From Clostridia bacterium (GTDB lineage: Bacteria > Bacillota > Clostridia > Monoglobales > Firm-18), in contig JAFQJA010000017.1 in NCBI GenBank assembly GCA_017397315.1, forward strand, positions 1,804 to 65,803: 64,000 bases of DNA. The letters are read 5' to 3'. This document shows, piece after piece, positions 45,099 to 55,161 of this stretch (its first letter is position 1; each line of letters starts with the position of its first letter). A model generated the notes under the pieces. That model did no database searches. It was not told the origin of the DNA and saw nothing but the letters and a program-made list of their open reading frames with translations. The position numbers and the translations under genes are program-made.

Positions 45099-46214
45099 TT
45101 ATATAACTCGCTTTATTGCATCAACTGCTTTTTCTATTTCTTCTGTAGTATTAAATCTGCTTACACTAAGGCGGATAAGACCGGTATCTGTTGTGCCCAG
45201 CGAATTGTGGGCAAGCACGGCACAATGAAGTCCTCCCCGTGATGCAATATCAAATTGTTCATCAAGCAATGAAGATACAGTAACGCTATCTATACCGTCA
45301 ACAGCAAAACCAACAACACCTACACAGTCATTGTTTCCATAAATTTTTACACGGTTAATTGCGGATAATCCCCGTTTTAATTCCGTAACAAGTCCTTTTT
45401 CATAGTTAAATAAATTGGATACGCCGTTTTCCAGTACAAAACGAACTCCCTCTTTAAGACCTGCTATTCCGACAAGATTCAATGTTCCGCTTTCAAGCAT
45501 ATCAGGCATAAATTCAGGTTGAAACATACTTTCCGACAATGTTCCTGTTCCGCCCTGAATTATGGGTTTTAATAAAATGTTTTTACTTACATAAAGACCT
45601 GCCGTGCCTGTAGGACCGTACAACAGTTTATGTCCTGCAAAAGCAAGTACAGATATGTTGTCGCGCTTGACATCTATATCAACTACCCCCGCAGTCTGAG
45701 CACAGTCAACCATCAAGGGAATATTGTGTTTTTTTGCTACCTTTCCAATCTCTTCTATCGGATTAATAGTTCCTACAATATTCGATGCATGATTGATAAT
45801 TATAAGCGTAGTCCGGTCGTTAATTGCTTTTTCAACACTTTTTGCAGAAACAAAACCTGTCATGTCCGCCTTTGCGACTGTATAATCACAGCCTGTTGCA
45901 ACAACCGGACGCAAGACAGAATTATGCTCCATACCGCTGATTACAACATGACTTTCTTTATTCAATAAACCGTGTATGGCAAAATTCAGTGCCGTGGTAG
46001 TATTAGAAGTAAAAGCGATTAACGATGGGTCGTCAATGTTAAATAGAGTTGCAATAAGTTCTCTGCAACTATACACCATTTCACCGGAATAATTGCTTAA
46101 TTTATGACTGCCTCTTCCGCTGTTTGAAGCGTAATTCTTTATATAGTCATAAACCGCCTCAACAACTGTTTCTGGTTTATGATGAGTTGTCGCGGAATTG
46201 TCAAGATATATCAT
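45099..46214 (-). CDS. Class V aminotransferase / cysteine desulfurase family
   Basis: 'IYLDNSATT', the PLP-Lys context 'FAGHKLLYGPTGTAGLY' and 'RGGLHCA'. Confidence 0.8.
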   Translation of the reverse strand: MIYLDNSATTHHKPETVVEAVYDYIKNYASNSGRGSHKLSNYSGEMVYSCRELIATLFNIDDPSLIAFTSNTTTALNFAIHGLLNKESHVVISGMEHNSVLRPVVATGCDYTVAKADMTGFVSAKSVEKAINDRTTLIIINHASNIVGTINPIEEIGKVAKKHNIPLMVDCAQTAGVVDIDVKRDNISVLAFAGHKLLYGPTGTAGLYVSKNILLKPIIQGGTGTLSESMFQPEFMPDMLESGTLNLVGIAGLKEGVRFVLENGVSNLFNYEKGLVTELKRGLSAINRVKIYGNNDCVGVVGFAVDGIDSVTVSSLLDEQFDIASRGGLHCAVLAHNSLGTTDTGLIRLSVSRFNTTEEIEKAVDAIKRVI

Positions 46215-46458
46215 AACTGTTCACCTCGTCAAATCCGTCATTAGTTTCTTTATAAACTCCTAATACTTTGATACCATATTCCAAAGCAACCTCCGCCACT
46301 TTTGACACAAGATGCTTTTCCACAATAACGCTATATGAACAACCGCCTTTGGAAATACTTTTGGGCGTGTGCACAAGGCGTACGCGTTCACCTGTATATT
46401 TAAAATAATTTCTGACACGGGTTGCCAGAGTTACAGAGTTAAAAACTATATAATACAT
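46201..46458 (-). CDS. DUF3343 (putative Se/S carrier-like) protein
   Basis: GGAGG SD precedes ATG 46458. 'MYYIVFNSVTLATRVRNYF...HTPKSISKGGCSYSV'. The gene overlaps the desulfurase start. Confidence 0.7.
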   Translation of the reverse strand: MYYIVFNSVTLATRVRNYFKYTGERVRLVHTPKSISKGGCSYSVIVEKHLVSKVAEVALEYGIKVLGVYKETNDGFDEVNSYDIS

Positions 46459-46503
46459 AAAAAACACCTCCCTAAACATTATATGTCGGGGAGGTTACAA
46501 TAG

Positions 46504-47169
46504 TTATTCAATATATTCTCTTACTCTTAATTCACAGCCTCGGTCAACTGCAAGTTTTCGGCAAACTTTAATATCTTCTTCTGGTAATATATCAACTACT
46601 GAAAAAACAGTTTTGATGCCGAGTTTTGCACATTTTTCTCCAAAATCAAGCAAACTGTCAAAGGCCTTTTCACCAAATTCACTGTGGCATGTTGCATCAT
46701 ATTCTGTCGCATTTTTATTGTTAAGACTAATAGATACAACATCAAACAGTCCTGCAAGAAGAGGAGTAACATCAGTCTCGAATATAAGATTTGCCTGACC
46801 ATTGGTATTTACTCTTATCTTTTTAACTTGTTGCTCCCTTAACCATTTTGCCACTTCAATACAATCGTGAAATCTCATAAAAGGCTCACCAAAACCGCAA
46901 AAAACTATTTCGTCATAAGATTTTAAATCTCTCTTTGATAAGTCTTGGATAATCTCGGAAACTTCAGGCTCATAATCAAGCCATAACTCACTTGTTCCGC
47001 TCAAATCATCACTTGTTTCCCATTTGTTACTGTCGATTTCAGGCTGACCTTTTGAGGCTCTCAAACAGAAATCACAACTGTTTGAGCACCTGTTTGTCAG
47101 ATTTATGTAAAGAGAATTACCTAAATTATAACTGATTATCAATTCTATACACCCTTTTCGCGTTTTCAT
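46504..47169 (-). CDS. TatD-associated radical SAM protein
   Basis: 'LYINLTNRCSNSCDFC' contains CX3CX2C. The gene lies directly downstream of tatD and overlaps it. The start is uncertain. Confidence 0.75.
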   Translation of the reverse strand: MKTRKGCIELIISYNLGNSLYINLTNRCSNSCDFCLRASKGQPEIDSNKWETSDDLSGTSELWLDYEPEVSEIIQDLSKRDLKSYDEIVFCGFGEPFMRFHDCIEVAKWLREQQVKKIRVNTNGQANLIFETDVTPLLAGLFDVVSISLNNKNATEYDATCHSEFGEKAFDSLLDFGEKCAKLGIKTVFSVVDILPEEDIKVCRKLAVDRGCELRVREYIE

Positions 47170-47899
47170 AAGTTATATTTGCCAACTGTTGCGGTGTTAA
47201 CCCTCTTAATTGCGCAATTTTCTCGCACACATATCTTACTCTTGAACTGTCATTTCTTGTCCCGCGAAAACCATCAGGTGAAAGGTAAGGGCTATCCGTT
47301 TCAATAAGCAATCGGTCCAAAGGTATTTCAGATGCAACTTTTACAGCAGTTTTAGCATTTTTATAAGTTATAGTTCCCGCAAAAGAAATATAATAACCCA
47401 TTTCTATATATTCTTTTGCAGTTTCCAAACTCCCCGAATAACAATGAATTATGCCTTTGGTATTAACTGTTTTTAAAATATCCATTGTATCTTTTACTGC
47501 ATCTCGGGAATGAACTACTACCGGCATACCAAGTTTCTCGGCAAGTTGCAATTGTTTTAAAAACCAATATTTTTGCAATTGTTCATCATATCCGTCATAG
47601 TGATAGTCAAGACCTATTTCCCCTATGGCAACAACTTTTTCGTGCTTTGACAGTTTCTCAATTTTTTCCAAATCATTATCCGTCATTTCATACACATCAG
47701 AAGGATGGACGCCAACTGTTGCATAAATGAAGTTGTACTTTTCCGCCAATCCGACTGACTGGTATGATGTTTTTATACTGCTTGCAATATTAGTTAGCAG
47801 TTTAACACCGCTGTTTTTAATATTTTCTATAACCTGTTCTCTATCGCCGTCAAACATTTCATCATCTAAATGAGTATGACTGTCAAACAAATTAACCAT
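47126..47899 (-). CDS. tatD: TatD family metal-dependent hydrolase/DNase
   Basis: 'LFDSHTHLDD', 'GEIGLDYHY', 'VVHSRDA', 'IHCYSGS' and 'ETDSPYL'. Confidence 0.9.
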   Translation of the reverse strand: MVNLFDSHTHLDDEMFDGDREQVIENIKNSGVKLLTNIASSIKTSYQSVGLAEKYNFIYATVGVHPSDVYEMTDNDLEKIEKLSKHEKVVAIGEIGLDYHYDGYDEQLQKYWFLKQLQLAEKLGMPVVVHSRDAVKDTMDILKTVNTKGIIHCYSGSLETAKEYIEMGYYISFAGTITYKNAKTAVKVASEIPLDRLLIETDSPYLSPDGFRGTRNDSSRVRYVCEKIAQLRGLTPQQLANITYENAKRVYRIDNQL

Positions 47900-49448
47900 T
47901 TATTAACTCCTCTAATTTTTTAGCCTCATCAATTCTGGCAAATAAAGGAGTGGCGTCCCCTACTGTTTTACCGTCTTCAATTTTACCGAATTGTTCAAGA
48001 CTTTCCCAGGTAAGTGTGCTACAATTAATCTGCTGTCCGATTTTTTCTGCAGTTTCAGGCATAAACGGTGTAAGCATTACTGAAATAAATCTGATACATT
48101 CTACAAGATTATATAAAACCGCTTTTAATCTGTCTTTTCCATTTTCGTCTTTCGCCAAAGCCCACGGCATAGTTTCGTCAATATACTTGTTGCTTCTGCG
48201 TACAATATCCCATACAGAATCAATAGCGTCTGCGACTTTTAAATCTTCCATTGATGCTTCCATCTTTTCTTTTGCATCAAGTGCTGTTTTAATAAGTTCG
48301 TTGTCAAGTTCCTGCTTTTCGCCGTCAGTATATAAAACTCCGTCAAAATACTTTTTAACCATTGCAACTGTTCTGTTTACAAGATTACCCAATGTGTTTG
48401 CAAGTTCTGAATTATATCTGCTTATAAATGTTTCATATGTTATTGTTCCGTCCTGAGCATAAGGCATTTCGTGAAGCATATAATATCTTACTGCATCAAC
48501 ACCAAAATGATTAACCATATCATCAGCATAAATAACATTACCCTTTGATTTGCTCATTTTATCCTCGCCGAAAAGCATCCACGGATGACCAAATATCTGT
48601 TTTGGAAGCGGTTCTCCCAAAGCCATCAACAGTATCGGCCAGTATATTGTGTGGAAACGAAGAATGTCTTTACCGATAATGTGAACATTAGCAGGCCAGT
48701 ATTTTTCATACAACTCGCCTTTTTTGTCAGGGGTATAACCAAGTGCGGTAATGTAATTTGACAAAGCGTCAATCCACACATAAATAATGTGCTTGTCATC
48801 AAAAGATACAGGAACACCCCAAGTAAATGAAGAACGGGATACGCAAAGGTCCTGAAGACCCGGCTTTAAGAAATTGTTAACCATTTCTTTTTTTCTCGAC
48901 TCAGGTTTTATAAAATCAGGATTTTCTTCTATGTGTTTCATAAGTTTGTCCTGGTATTTGCTCATTTTAAAGAAATATGCTTCTTCTACTGTTTTTGTAA
49001 CAGGACGCCCGCAGTCAGGGCAAATTCCGTTTTCCGCCTGAGTTTCGGTAAAGAAACTTTCACAGGGGACACAGTAAAGACCCTCATATTTCCCTTTATA
49101 AATATCACCTTGTTCATATAGTTTCTTGAAAATCTCCTGAACTGTTTTTTCGTGATAATCGTCAGTAGTTCTTATAAATTTATTGTAACTTGTATTCATT
49201 AAATCCCAGATAGAACGCACTTCAGAGGCAATAGCGTCAACATATTCTTTTGGAGTAATACCTGAATTTTCAGCAAGTTCCTGAATTTTCTGACCGTGCT
49301 CGTCAGTGCCTGTTAAAAAGAATACATCATCACCTATTAGTCTTCTGTATCTTGCAATAGCATCTGTTAAAACTATTTCATAAGTATTACCTATATGAGG
49401 CTTTCTTGAAGTGTATGCAATAGCAGTTGTAATATAATATTTTCCCAT
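47892..49448 (-). CDS. metG: Methionine--tRNA ligase
   Basis: 'YYITTAIAYTSRKPHIGN' (HIGH), the CPxC...CPDC zinc knuckle and 'KMSKSKGN' (KMSKS). Confidence 0.92.
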   Translation of the reverse strand: MGKYYITTAIAYTSRKPHIGNTYEIVLTDAIARYRRLIGDDVFFLTGTDEHGQKIQELAENSGITPKEYVDAIASEVRSIWDLMNTSYNKFIRTTDDYHEKTVQEIFKKLYEQGDIYKGKYEGLYCVPCESFFTETQAENGICPDCGRPVTKTVEEAYFFKMSKYQDKLMKHIEENPDFIKPESRKKEMVNNFLKPGLQDLCVSRSSFTWGVPVSFDDKHIIYVWIDALSNYITALGYTPDKKGELYEKYWPANVHIIGKDILRFHTIYWPILLMALGEPLPKQIFGHPWMLFGEDKMSKSKGNVIYADDMVNHFGVDAVRYYMLHEMPYAQDGTITYETFISRYNSELANTLGNLVNRTVAMVKKYFDGVLYTDGEKQELDNELIKTALDAKEKMEASMEDLKVADAIDSVWDIVRRSNKYIDETMPWALAKDENGKDRLKAVLYNLVECIRFISVMLTPFMPETAEKIGQQINCSTLTWESLEQFGKIEDGKTVGDATPLFARIDEAKKLEELING

Positions 49449-49511
49449 TGTATCTCGTCCTTTCGTAAACACTGTTATAATTTTATCATAAAAATATATA
49501 TTTAGCAAATC

Positions 49512-51218
49512 TTATTTTTCTGGTTTTACATTTACAGTATTGTAATTATCATATATCACCATACCCGGTTTTGCACCTTTTGGTTTTTTCACATTTTTAA
49601 CCATCGTGTAGTCAACTGGTACATTGGCTGAATTACGGGCTTTACTGTAATAAGCCACAATTTTAGCACCTTTTACTATTGTGTCGTCAGATGGCATTTC
49701 ACCGTTTGTCTTAATAATCCCATGACTGCCGTGGGTGTTTTTTGTGTGCAACCATAAATCGTTACTGCGAGCCATTTTCAAGGTAAGCATATCGTTTTGA
49801 ATATTATTTTTGCCGACTAGCAAAACATACCCGTCAATTTCAAATTCCATAGGTTTTGAAACATTTGGTTTCTTTCTGCCCCTTGTGTTTTCTTTATAGT
49901 AACCGCCAGAAATCAACTCATCTTTAATCTCATTAATGTCAGTTTCGGTTTCAGCACGGACAAGTTCTTCTGCAACGCTTTCAAGATAATAAAGTTCGTC
50001 ATTAGCGATTTCAATCTGTTTTTTAGTCATAACTTCAGCGTTTTTGCACTTCTGATACAAATTATAGTACCTTTGTGCGTTCTTGGCAGGCGACAGTTCG
50101 GGTTTTAACTCTATCGTCAAAGGTTTCATATTGTTATAAAAATCTTCAACTGTAACAAATGTTGCCTTTTCTTCTATCCTGTGAAGATTGGCAGTTAATA
50201 AATCTCCGTAAACTTTGTATTTTTCCTTGTCTTTACATTCCTGAATTTTATCGTGCTGGATTACAAGTTTTTTCCTGCATCTTGCTATGTTATTGTCAAC
50301 AAACTTGGACAGTCTTGCCGTTTTTTGTGCCATTCTTTCCTTTTGGTCTTTTTTGGAATAGTAACTCTCAATGGCAAAATTCAGATACTGATGTTTTTCG
50401 ACAACTGCACCTGTTTCATACTGGTTAATTAAAATTCCGCTGAAATCGGAAATTTTGTCATTTTTGTAAATAAGGCAAGGCGAAAAGATGTTGCGTTTGA
50501 TTTTTTGAAAAAACTCAAAAAGGCTTTGTGAGAAATTTTCAATTTCTTCGTCCAAATACACATCAGTAGTTCCAAAATAATTGTAAACTGCTTCCCTTGC
50601 AGATAAAGGACCTATTCCGGTAAAACTATTTACAATCAGTTTATCCAAAAGACATTCTTTGTCAATGAGCACTTTTAAAACATTGTCCTTTGTAACTTCC
50701 ATAGGGTTTAATTTTCCCTGCGACGGCGGATATTCATAATCCATTCCTGACAGTAACTGCCTTACTTTAGACACAGAGAAATCAATGTGTTTTATACTTC
50801 CCAATACTTTGTTTTTTGATGAAACAAGAATAATGTTGCTGTGTCGTCCCATTATCTCTATTATCAGTTTCTTTACGGACACATCACCAAGTTCATCTTT
50901 ACTTTCAATGTGAAACTCTATAATTCTTTCAAAATCAGGCTGTACCACATCAACAACTTTTCCGCCCAAAATATGCTTTCTTAAAAGCATACAAAACATA
51001 GGTGCTTTTTCAGGATTTTCTTTTTGAACACCTGAAATATGAACTCGCGGAGTACTTGAACTTGCACTCATAACAACTCTTTGGTTCTGTCCGCTATTTC
51101 TTATTATTAAATTTATTTCATCAAATTCAGGCTGTAGGACTTTTTCAATTCGCCCGCCAGTAAATTGACTTTTCAACTCATAAGTTATGCAAGCAGTTGC
51201 AATTCCGTCGAATGCCAT
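49512..51218 (-). CDS. rqcH: RqcH / FbpA (NFACT family) ribosome quality-control protein
   Basis: 'MAFDGIATACITYELKSQFTGGRIEKVLQP' and the C-terminal 'LWLHTKNTHGSHGII'. Confidence 0.85.
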   Translation of the reverse strand: MAFDGIATACITYELKSQFTGGRIEKVLQPEFDEINLIIRNSGQNQRVVMSASSSTPRVHISGVQKENPEKAPMFCMLLRKHILGGKVVDVVQPDFERIIEFHIESKDELGDVSVKKLIIEIMGRHSNIILVSSKNKVLGSIKHIDFSVSKVRQLLSGMDYEYPPSQGKLNPMEVTKDNVLKVLIDKECLLDKLIVNSFTGIGPLSAREAVYNYFGTTDVYLDEEIENFSQSLFEFFQKIKRNIFSPCLIYKNDKISDFSGILINQYETGAVVEKHQYLNFAIESYYSKKDQKERMAQKTARLSKFVDNNIARCRKKLVIQHDKIQECKDKEKYKVYGDLLTANLHRIEEKATFVTVEDFYNNMKPLTIELKPELSPAKNAQRYYNLYQKCKNAEVMTKKQIEIANDELYYLESVAEELVRAETETDINEIKDELISGGYYKENTRGRKKPNVSKPMEFEIDGYVLLVGKNNIQNDMLTLKMARSNDLWLHTKNTHGSHGIIKTNGEMPSDDTIVKGAKIVAYYSKARNSANVPVDYTMVKNVKKPKGAKPGMVIYDNYNTVNVKPEK

Positions 51219-51290
51219 AACAATTCTTCCTTTGTTATAATTTATCTCTATATTTTACCATATCAAAAGAAAAAAGTAAAGCGAAGTTAA

Positions 51291-51908
51291 TCACTTTACT
51301 GTTTTTAAAATAAATTCACTTGCTGTTGCTCTGTTTATCTTAACATACGGTCTTACAGTTCCGTCCTCGTATCCTTTTAAAATTCCCGCTTTCGTCAGGT
51401 TGCTCACCGATTCTACTCCCCACTTCGGAACTAAATACATATCATTATATTTTGCCGTTTCATCAGAGTTGCAGTTTATTACTTTGTCTATTATTTTTAT
51501 TATTTCAATTCTGGTCAATATATCGTGTGGCCGAAAATACAGTTTGCCGTATTCAAGATTGCCGTCAATAAGTCCTTCGTTATAAGCAGTCAAAATATAT
51601 TTCTTTGCATATTCAGGCACTTGGTCAAAATCTTCAAAGGGCACTTTGACATCAGTTTTAATTTCCAATCCCAGAGCACTGACAAGCATAATTATAAATT
51701 CTGTTCTCGTCAATGTAGTGTCAGGGTAAAAATAATATTCGTCGTTTATTCTGGTTCCTACAAAGATGTCTTTTTCCGCAATTATTTCAGCCGTCTCTTC
51801 TGCCCAATGATTAGTCATATCGACATAAGCAAATTTACTTGTTTTATTGGCATTTACAGAAAGACATACAGCAAGGCACAATAATACTAAAAATATGGTT
51901 TTTTTCAT
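51291..51908 (-). CDS. Secreted SLH-domain protein
   Basis: A signal peptide followed by three SLH repeats (e.g. 'YVDMTNHWAEETAEIIAEKDIFVG', 'LTRTEFIIMLVSAL'). Confidence 0.75.
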   Translation of the reverse strand: MKKTIFLVLLCLAVCLSVNANKTSKFAYVDMTNHWAEETAEIIAEKDIFVGTRINDEYYFYPDTTLTRTEFIIMLVSALGLEIKTDVKVPFEDFDQVPEYAKKYILTAYNEGLIDGNLEYGKLYFRPHDILTRIEIIKIIDKVINCNSDETAKYNDMYLVPKWGVESVSNLTKAGILKGYEDGTVRPYVKINRATASEFILKTVK

Positions 51909-52241
51909 ACAAAAATCTCCATTCCGTCGCCATACGCCGGCATAAACAGCAATTAAAACTCTCTTATCGGTATGGCAAGGAATGATAAGAGATTTTTACG
52001 CCCATGTGCGTTTCTGAGCAAATGCGAAGAAAATTTTGCACGGGCAATAAATTCCGCCGGAGGCAATAACGGGAAAGAAACTTTCACGCTATTCGCCGTT
52101 TTACAAAATTAGTCTTTGTTACAAGGATTATATTATTCTTGATAATATTTTGAAACTTTACCAAATTTTATAAAACTGTACACCTGTTATATATTACAAT
52201 GACATATATAAAAATTGAAAACAATATTTTTTATATATCTA

Positions 52242-52270
52242 TTGTTTTTTTATTCCTTTTGTGGTATAAT
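52242..52270 (+). promoter_or_regulatory. Candidate promoter of the SRP RNA gene
   Basis: Extended -10 'TGgTATAAT' (TATAAT at 52265-52270). A weak -35 'TTGTTT' lies 17 nt upstream. Confidence 0.5.
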
Positions 52271-52275
52271 AAATG

Positions 52276-52552
52276 ACAACCGTACTAACTGGGGTTGTAG
52301 CGGCACCCTGTACCCATAATCCGCTATAATGGGGGTGAATGCTTAATTGAGGATTGTTCATATTTTTGTTGAGCAGCATCTAAGCGTGTTGAGAAGTCGG
52401 TCCTGTGCAACAAAGTGCTGTGAACCTCGTCAGGTCAGTGATGAAGCAGCGATAAGCAGAATGTCTTTCGTGTACACAGGAGTGCCGGTTTTGAGCGTTT
52501 ACTGCTGAGTTCGCATTAGTGTGGCTTTCCGATTTTAAGCCGTACGGTATTT
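52276..52552 (+). ncRNA. ffs: Signal recognition particle RNA, long (Bacillus/Clostridium) form
   Basis: The domain IV motif 'GTGCTGTGAACCTCGTCAGGTCAGTGATGAAGCAGCGATAAGCAGAATG' (about 52414-52465) is close to the 4.5S consensus and has a GNRA loop. The 5' ACCGTAC pairs with the 3' GTACGGT. Its position directly upstream of dnaX-ybaB-recR matches B. subtilis. The ends are approximate. Confidence 0.85.
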
Positions 52553-52574
52553 TTATATGATAGGAGTAACAATT

Positions 52575-54158
52575 ATGGCTTACCAAGCAATATATCGTAA
52601 ATGGCGACCAACCGTTTTTGAAGACATGGTAGGTCAGAACCACATTACGGAAACAATCAAAAACGAACTTGTTTCTAATAAACTTGCTCACGCTTATCTG
52701 TTTTGCGGAACAAGAGGAACAGGCAAAACCACTATGGCCAAAATTTTAAGCAGAGCCGTAAACTGCGAAAACCCTTTGCCTGACGGTAACCCCTGCAACA
52801 GTTGTGATGCATGTACCGGTATTATGAATAATGCCGTAATGGATGTAATTGAAATTGACGCTGCCTCAAACAACGGCGTTGATAATATAAGAGAACTTCG
52901 CGATGATGTTTTATACACACCCGCTTCTGTAAAATATAAAGTTTATATTATTGATGAAGTACATATGCTTTCAACAGGTGCTTTTAATGCTCTTTTAAAG
53001 ACTTTGGAAGAACCTCCTGCTCATGTGCTTTTCATTCTGGCGACAACAGAACCTCACAAAATTCCCGCTACAATTCAGTCCCGTTGTCAGCGATTTGATT
53101 TCAGACGAATTTCTGCTCACAATATTGCAGGCAGAATTTCCGAAATAACAAGAAAAGATAATATTCAAATTACCAGTGATGCTGTAAGAATGGTTGCTGA
53201 ACTCGGAGACGGTTCAATGCGAGATGCCTTAAGTGTACTTGACCTTTTGACAGGTATAAAAGGCGAGATAACTGTATCTGATATAGAAAATGTTACAGGT
53301 CTCATTGGCAAGACATTTTTAACCGGAATGACAGCAGCACTTTTTAGCGGTGATATTTCAAAAGCGTTAAATATACTCAATGATGTTTTGGTTTCAGGAA
53401 AAGAAACAACAAACACTGCCGAAGAATTGCTTGCGTTTTTGCGTGAACTGCTGATTTGCAGGTTTACCGATAACCCCGAAAATTTACTTGACAAAACTGA
53501 AGAAACAGTTAAGTCATTGACAGATATTGCAAACCAGATATCAAAAGAAAGTATAGTTCATGCTATCAATCTTCTGTCAACTGCAATATATTCTATGAAA
53601 ACATCAACCAATCCCAGGGCTGTTTTAGAGTCAACATTTGTGAAACTTTGCTTCCCCGAAACAGACAGTTCTTCTGATGCGTTTGCAGCAAGAATAGCAA
53701 GGCTTGAAAATGTGGGAACAGTAAATGTTGCACCTCCAAAACCGGTTGAAATTCCCAAACCCAAAGTTACGGAACCGGTTGTTCAAGAAACTCCCGTATT
53801 TACTGAACCTGCTCCTGTTCCGCCCGAGGAAAAACAAATATCAGACAGCGGTAAGATAAGAAAAAAACTGTATGCACAGTATCCGTATTTAAGTCTTTTG
53901 GGCGACAATGTTGAGTTTGTAAATCAAAACAAAACAACAATGGTTGTGTGTGAAAACAGTGCTGATATGGCAATAGCCAATAACCCTGTATTCATTAAAG
54001 ATTTAGAAGATTTTTTAGAAACAAAAGTAAGAATAACATATAAAGGTGCCAAAGACGAAAAAATCGTAACAGACCCGTTTGAGACACTTTTAAAAAATGC
54101 AAGTCAGTTTGAAAATATAGAAATAATCGAAAGGGAAGGTACACAGCAAGATGGCTAA
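52575..54158 (+). CDS. dnaX: DNA polymerase III subunit gamma/tau
   Basis: 'YRKWRPTVFEDMVGQ', 'GTRGTGKTT', the CxxC zinc module and 'IIDEVHML'. The start is placed at ATG 52575, after 'taggag'. Confidence 0.92.
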   Translation: MAYQAIYRKWRPTVFEDMVGQNHITETIKNELVSNKLAHAYLFCGTRGTGKTTMAKILSRAVNCENPLPDGNPCNSCDACTGIMNNAVMDVIEIDAASNNGVDNIRELRDDVLYTPASVKYKVYIIDEVHMLSTGAFNALLKTLEEPPAHVLFILATTEPHKIPATIQSRCQRFDFRRISAHNIAGRISEITRKDNIQITSDAVRMVAELGDGSMRDALSVLDLLTGIKGEITVSDIENVTGLIGKTFLTGMTAALFSGDISKALNILNDVLVSGKETTNTAEELLAFLRELLICRFTDNPENLLDKTEETVKSLTDIANQISKESIVHAINLLSTAIYSMKTSTNPRAVLESTFVKLCFPETDSSSDAFAARIARLENVGTVNVAPPKPVEIPKPKVTEPVVQETPVFTEPAPVPPEEKQISDSGKIRKKLYAQYPYLSLLGDNVEFVNQNKTTMVVCENSADMAIANNPVFIKDLEDFLETKVRITYKGAKDEKIVTDPFETLLKNASQFENIEIIEREGTQQDG

Positions 54159-54495
54159 AGGAAAATTCAACGGAATGGGCGGTATGCCCAATATGAACAA
54201 TATGTTAAAACAGGCACAAAAAATGCAACAGGAAATGCAAAAACAACAGGAAGAACTTGAAAATTCAACGGTTGAGGCAACTGCTGGCGGTGGTGCTATT
54301 ACCGTTACAATGACAGGCAGTCATAAACTTACCTCTGTAAGAATTAAGCCTGAAGCTTGCGACCCTGATGATGTAGAAATGTTAGAAGATTTAATTATAA
54401 CTGCAGTTAATGATGCTATTTCACAAATCAACCAGATATCTGCAAAAAATTTAGAAAAGGTTACAGGGGGATTTAACATTCCCGGGTTATTTTAA
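54151..54495 (+). CDS. ybaB: YbaB/EbfC nucleoid-associated protein
   Basis: '[22 protein letters not shown]...[11 protein letters not shown]'. Confidence 0.9.
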   Translation: MAKGKFNGMGGMPNMNNMLKQAQKMQQEMQKQQEELENSTVEATAGGGAITVTMTGSHKLTSVRIKPEACDPDDVEMLEDLIITAVNDAISQINQISAKNLEKVTGGFNIPGLF

Positions 54496-55094
54496 TGAAT
54501 GAGTATATTCCTCCATTGGCAAATTTAATAGAGCAGTTTGAGGCTTTACCCGGTATTGGTCATAAAACAGCGCAACGCCTTGCATTTTATATTTTAAACT
54601 CGCCAAAACAGTACGCCGAGGACTTTGCAAAAGCTTTAACTGAAGCTAAAGCAAATATAAAATACTGTAGCGTGTGCCAGAATATAACGGACAAAGATAC
54701 TTGCGATATGTGTAATGATAACTCTCGCGATAAAAGCACTATCTGTGTAATCGAAACACCAAAAGATGCTCTTTTAATAGAAAAAACGCACGAATATCAC
54801 GGATTGTATCATATACTGCACGGTGCAATTTCACCGATGGACGGCATTGGACCAAATGATATAAAAATCAAAGAACTTCTAAATAGGTTAAACAATACTG
54901 AAGTTAAGGAAATTATTATGGCTACCAACCCCAACATCGAGGGCGAAGCAACAGCTATGTATATAGCAAAACTTGTAAAACCACTTGGAATTAAAGTTAC
55001 AAGAATTGCAAACGGTGTCCCTGTTGGAGGAGATTTAGAATATGCCGACGAAATAACACTTACAAAAGCAATAGAAGGTCGAAGAGAAATGTAA
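54495..55094 (+). CDS. recR: Recombination protein RecR
   Basis: '[14 protein letters not shown]', the C4 zinc finger '[16 protein letters not shown]' and a Toprim region. Confidence 0.92.
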   Translation: MNEYIPPLANLIEQFEALPGIGHKTAQRLAFYILNSPKQYAEDFAKALTEAKANIKYCSVCQNITDKDTCDMCNDNSRDKSTICVIETPKDALLIEKTHEYHGLYHILHGAISPMDGIGPNDIKIKELLNRLNNTEVKEIIMATNPNIEGEATAMYIAKLVKPLGIKVTRIANGVPVGGDLEYADEITLTKAIEGRREM

Positions 55095-55098
55095 AAAA

Positions 55099-55122
55099 AG
55101 AGGTTATATAACCTCTTTTTTT
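55099..55122 (+). terminator. Rho-independent terminator after recR
   Basis: Stem AGAGGTTA-ta-TAACCTCT, followed by T7. Confidence 0.75.
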
Positions 55123-55161
55123 AATATTAGAATTTAGCACTCGCATATTACAACTATCTTT

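Noticed and set aside
52380-52691. 103-aa - strand ORF upstream of dnaX
   Set aside because: It lies antisense to the SRP RNA gene and the dnaX start. The SRP RNA domain IV consensus on the + strand explains the region.
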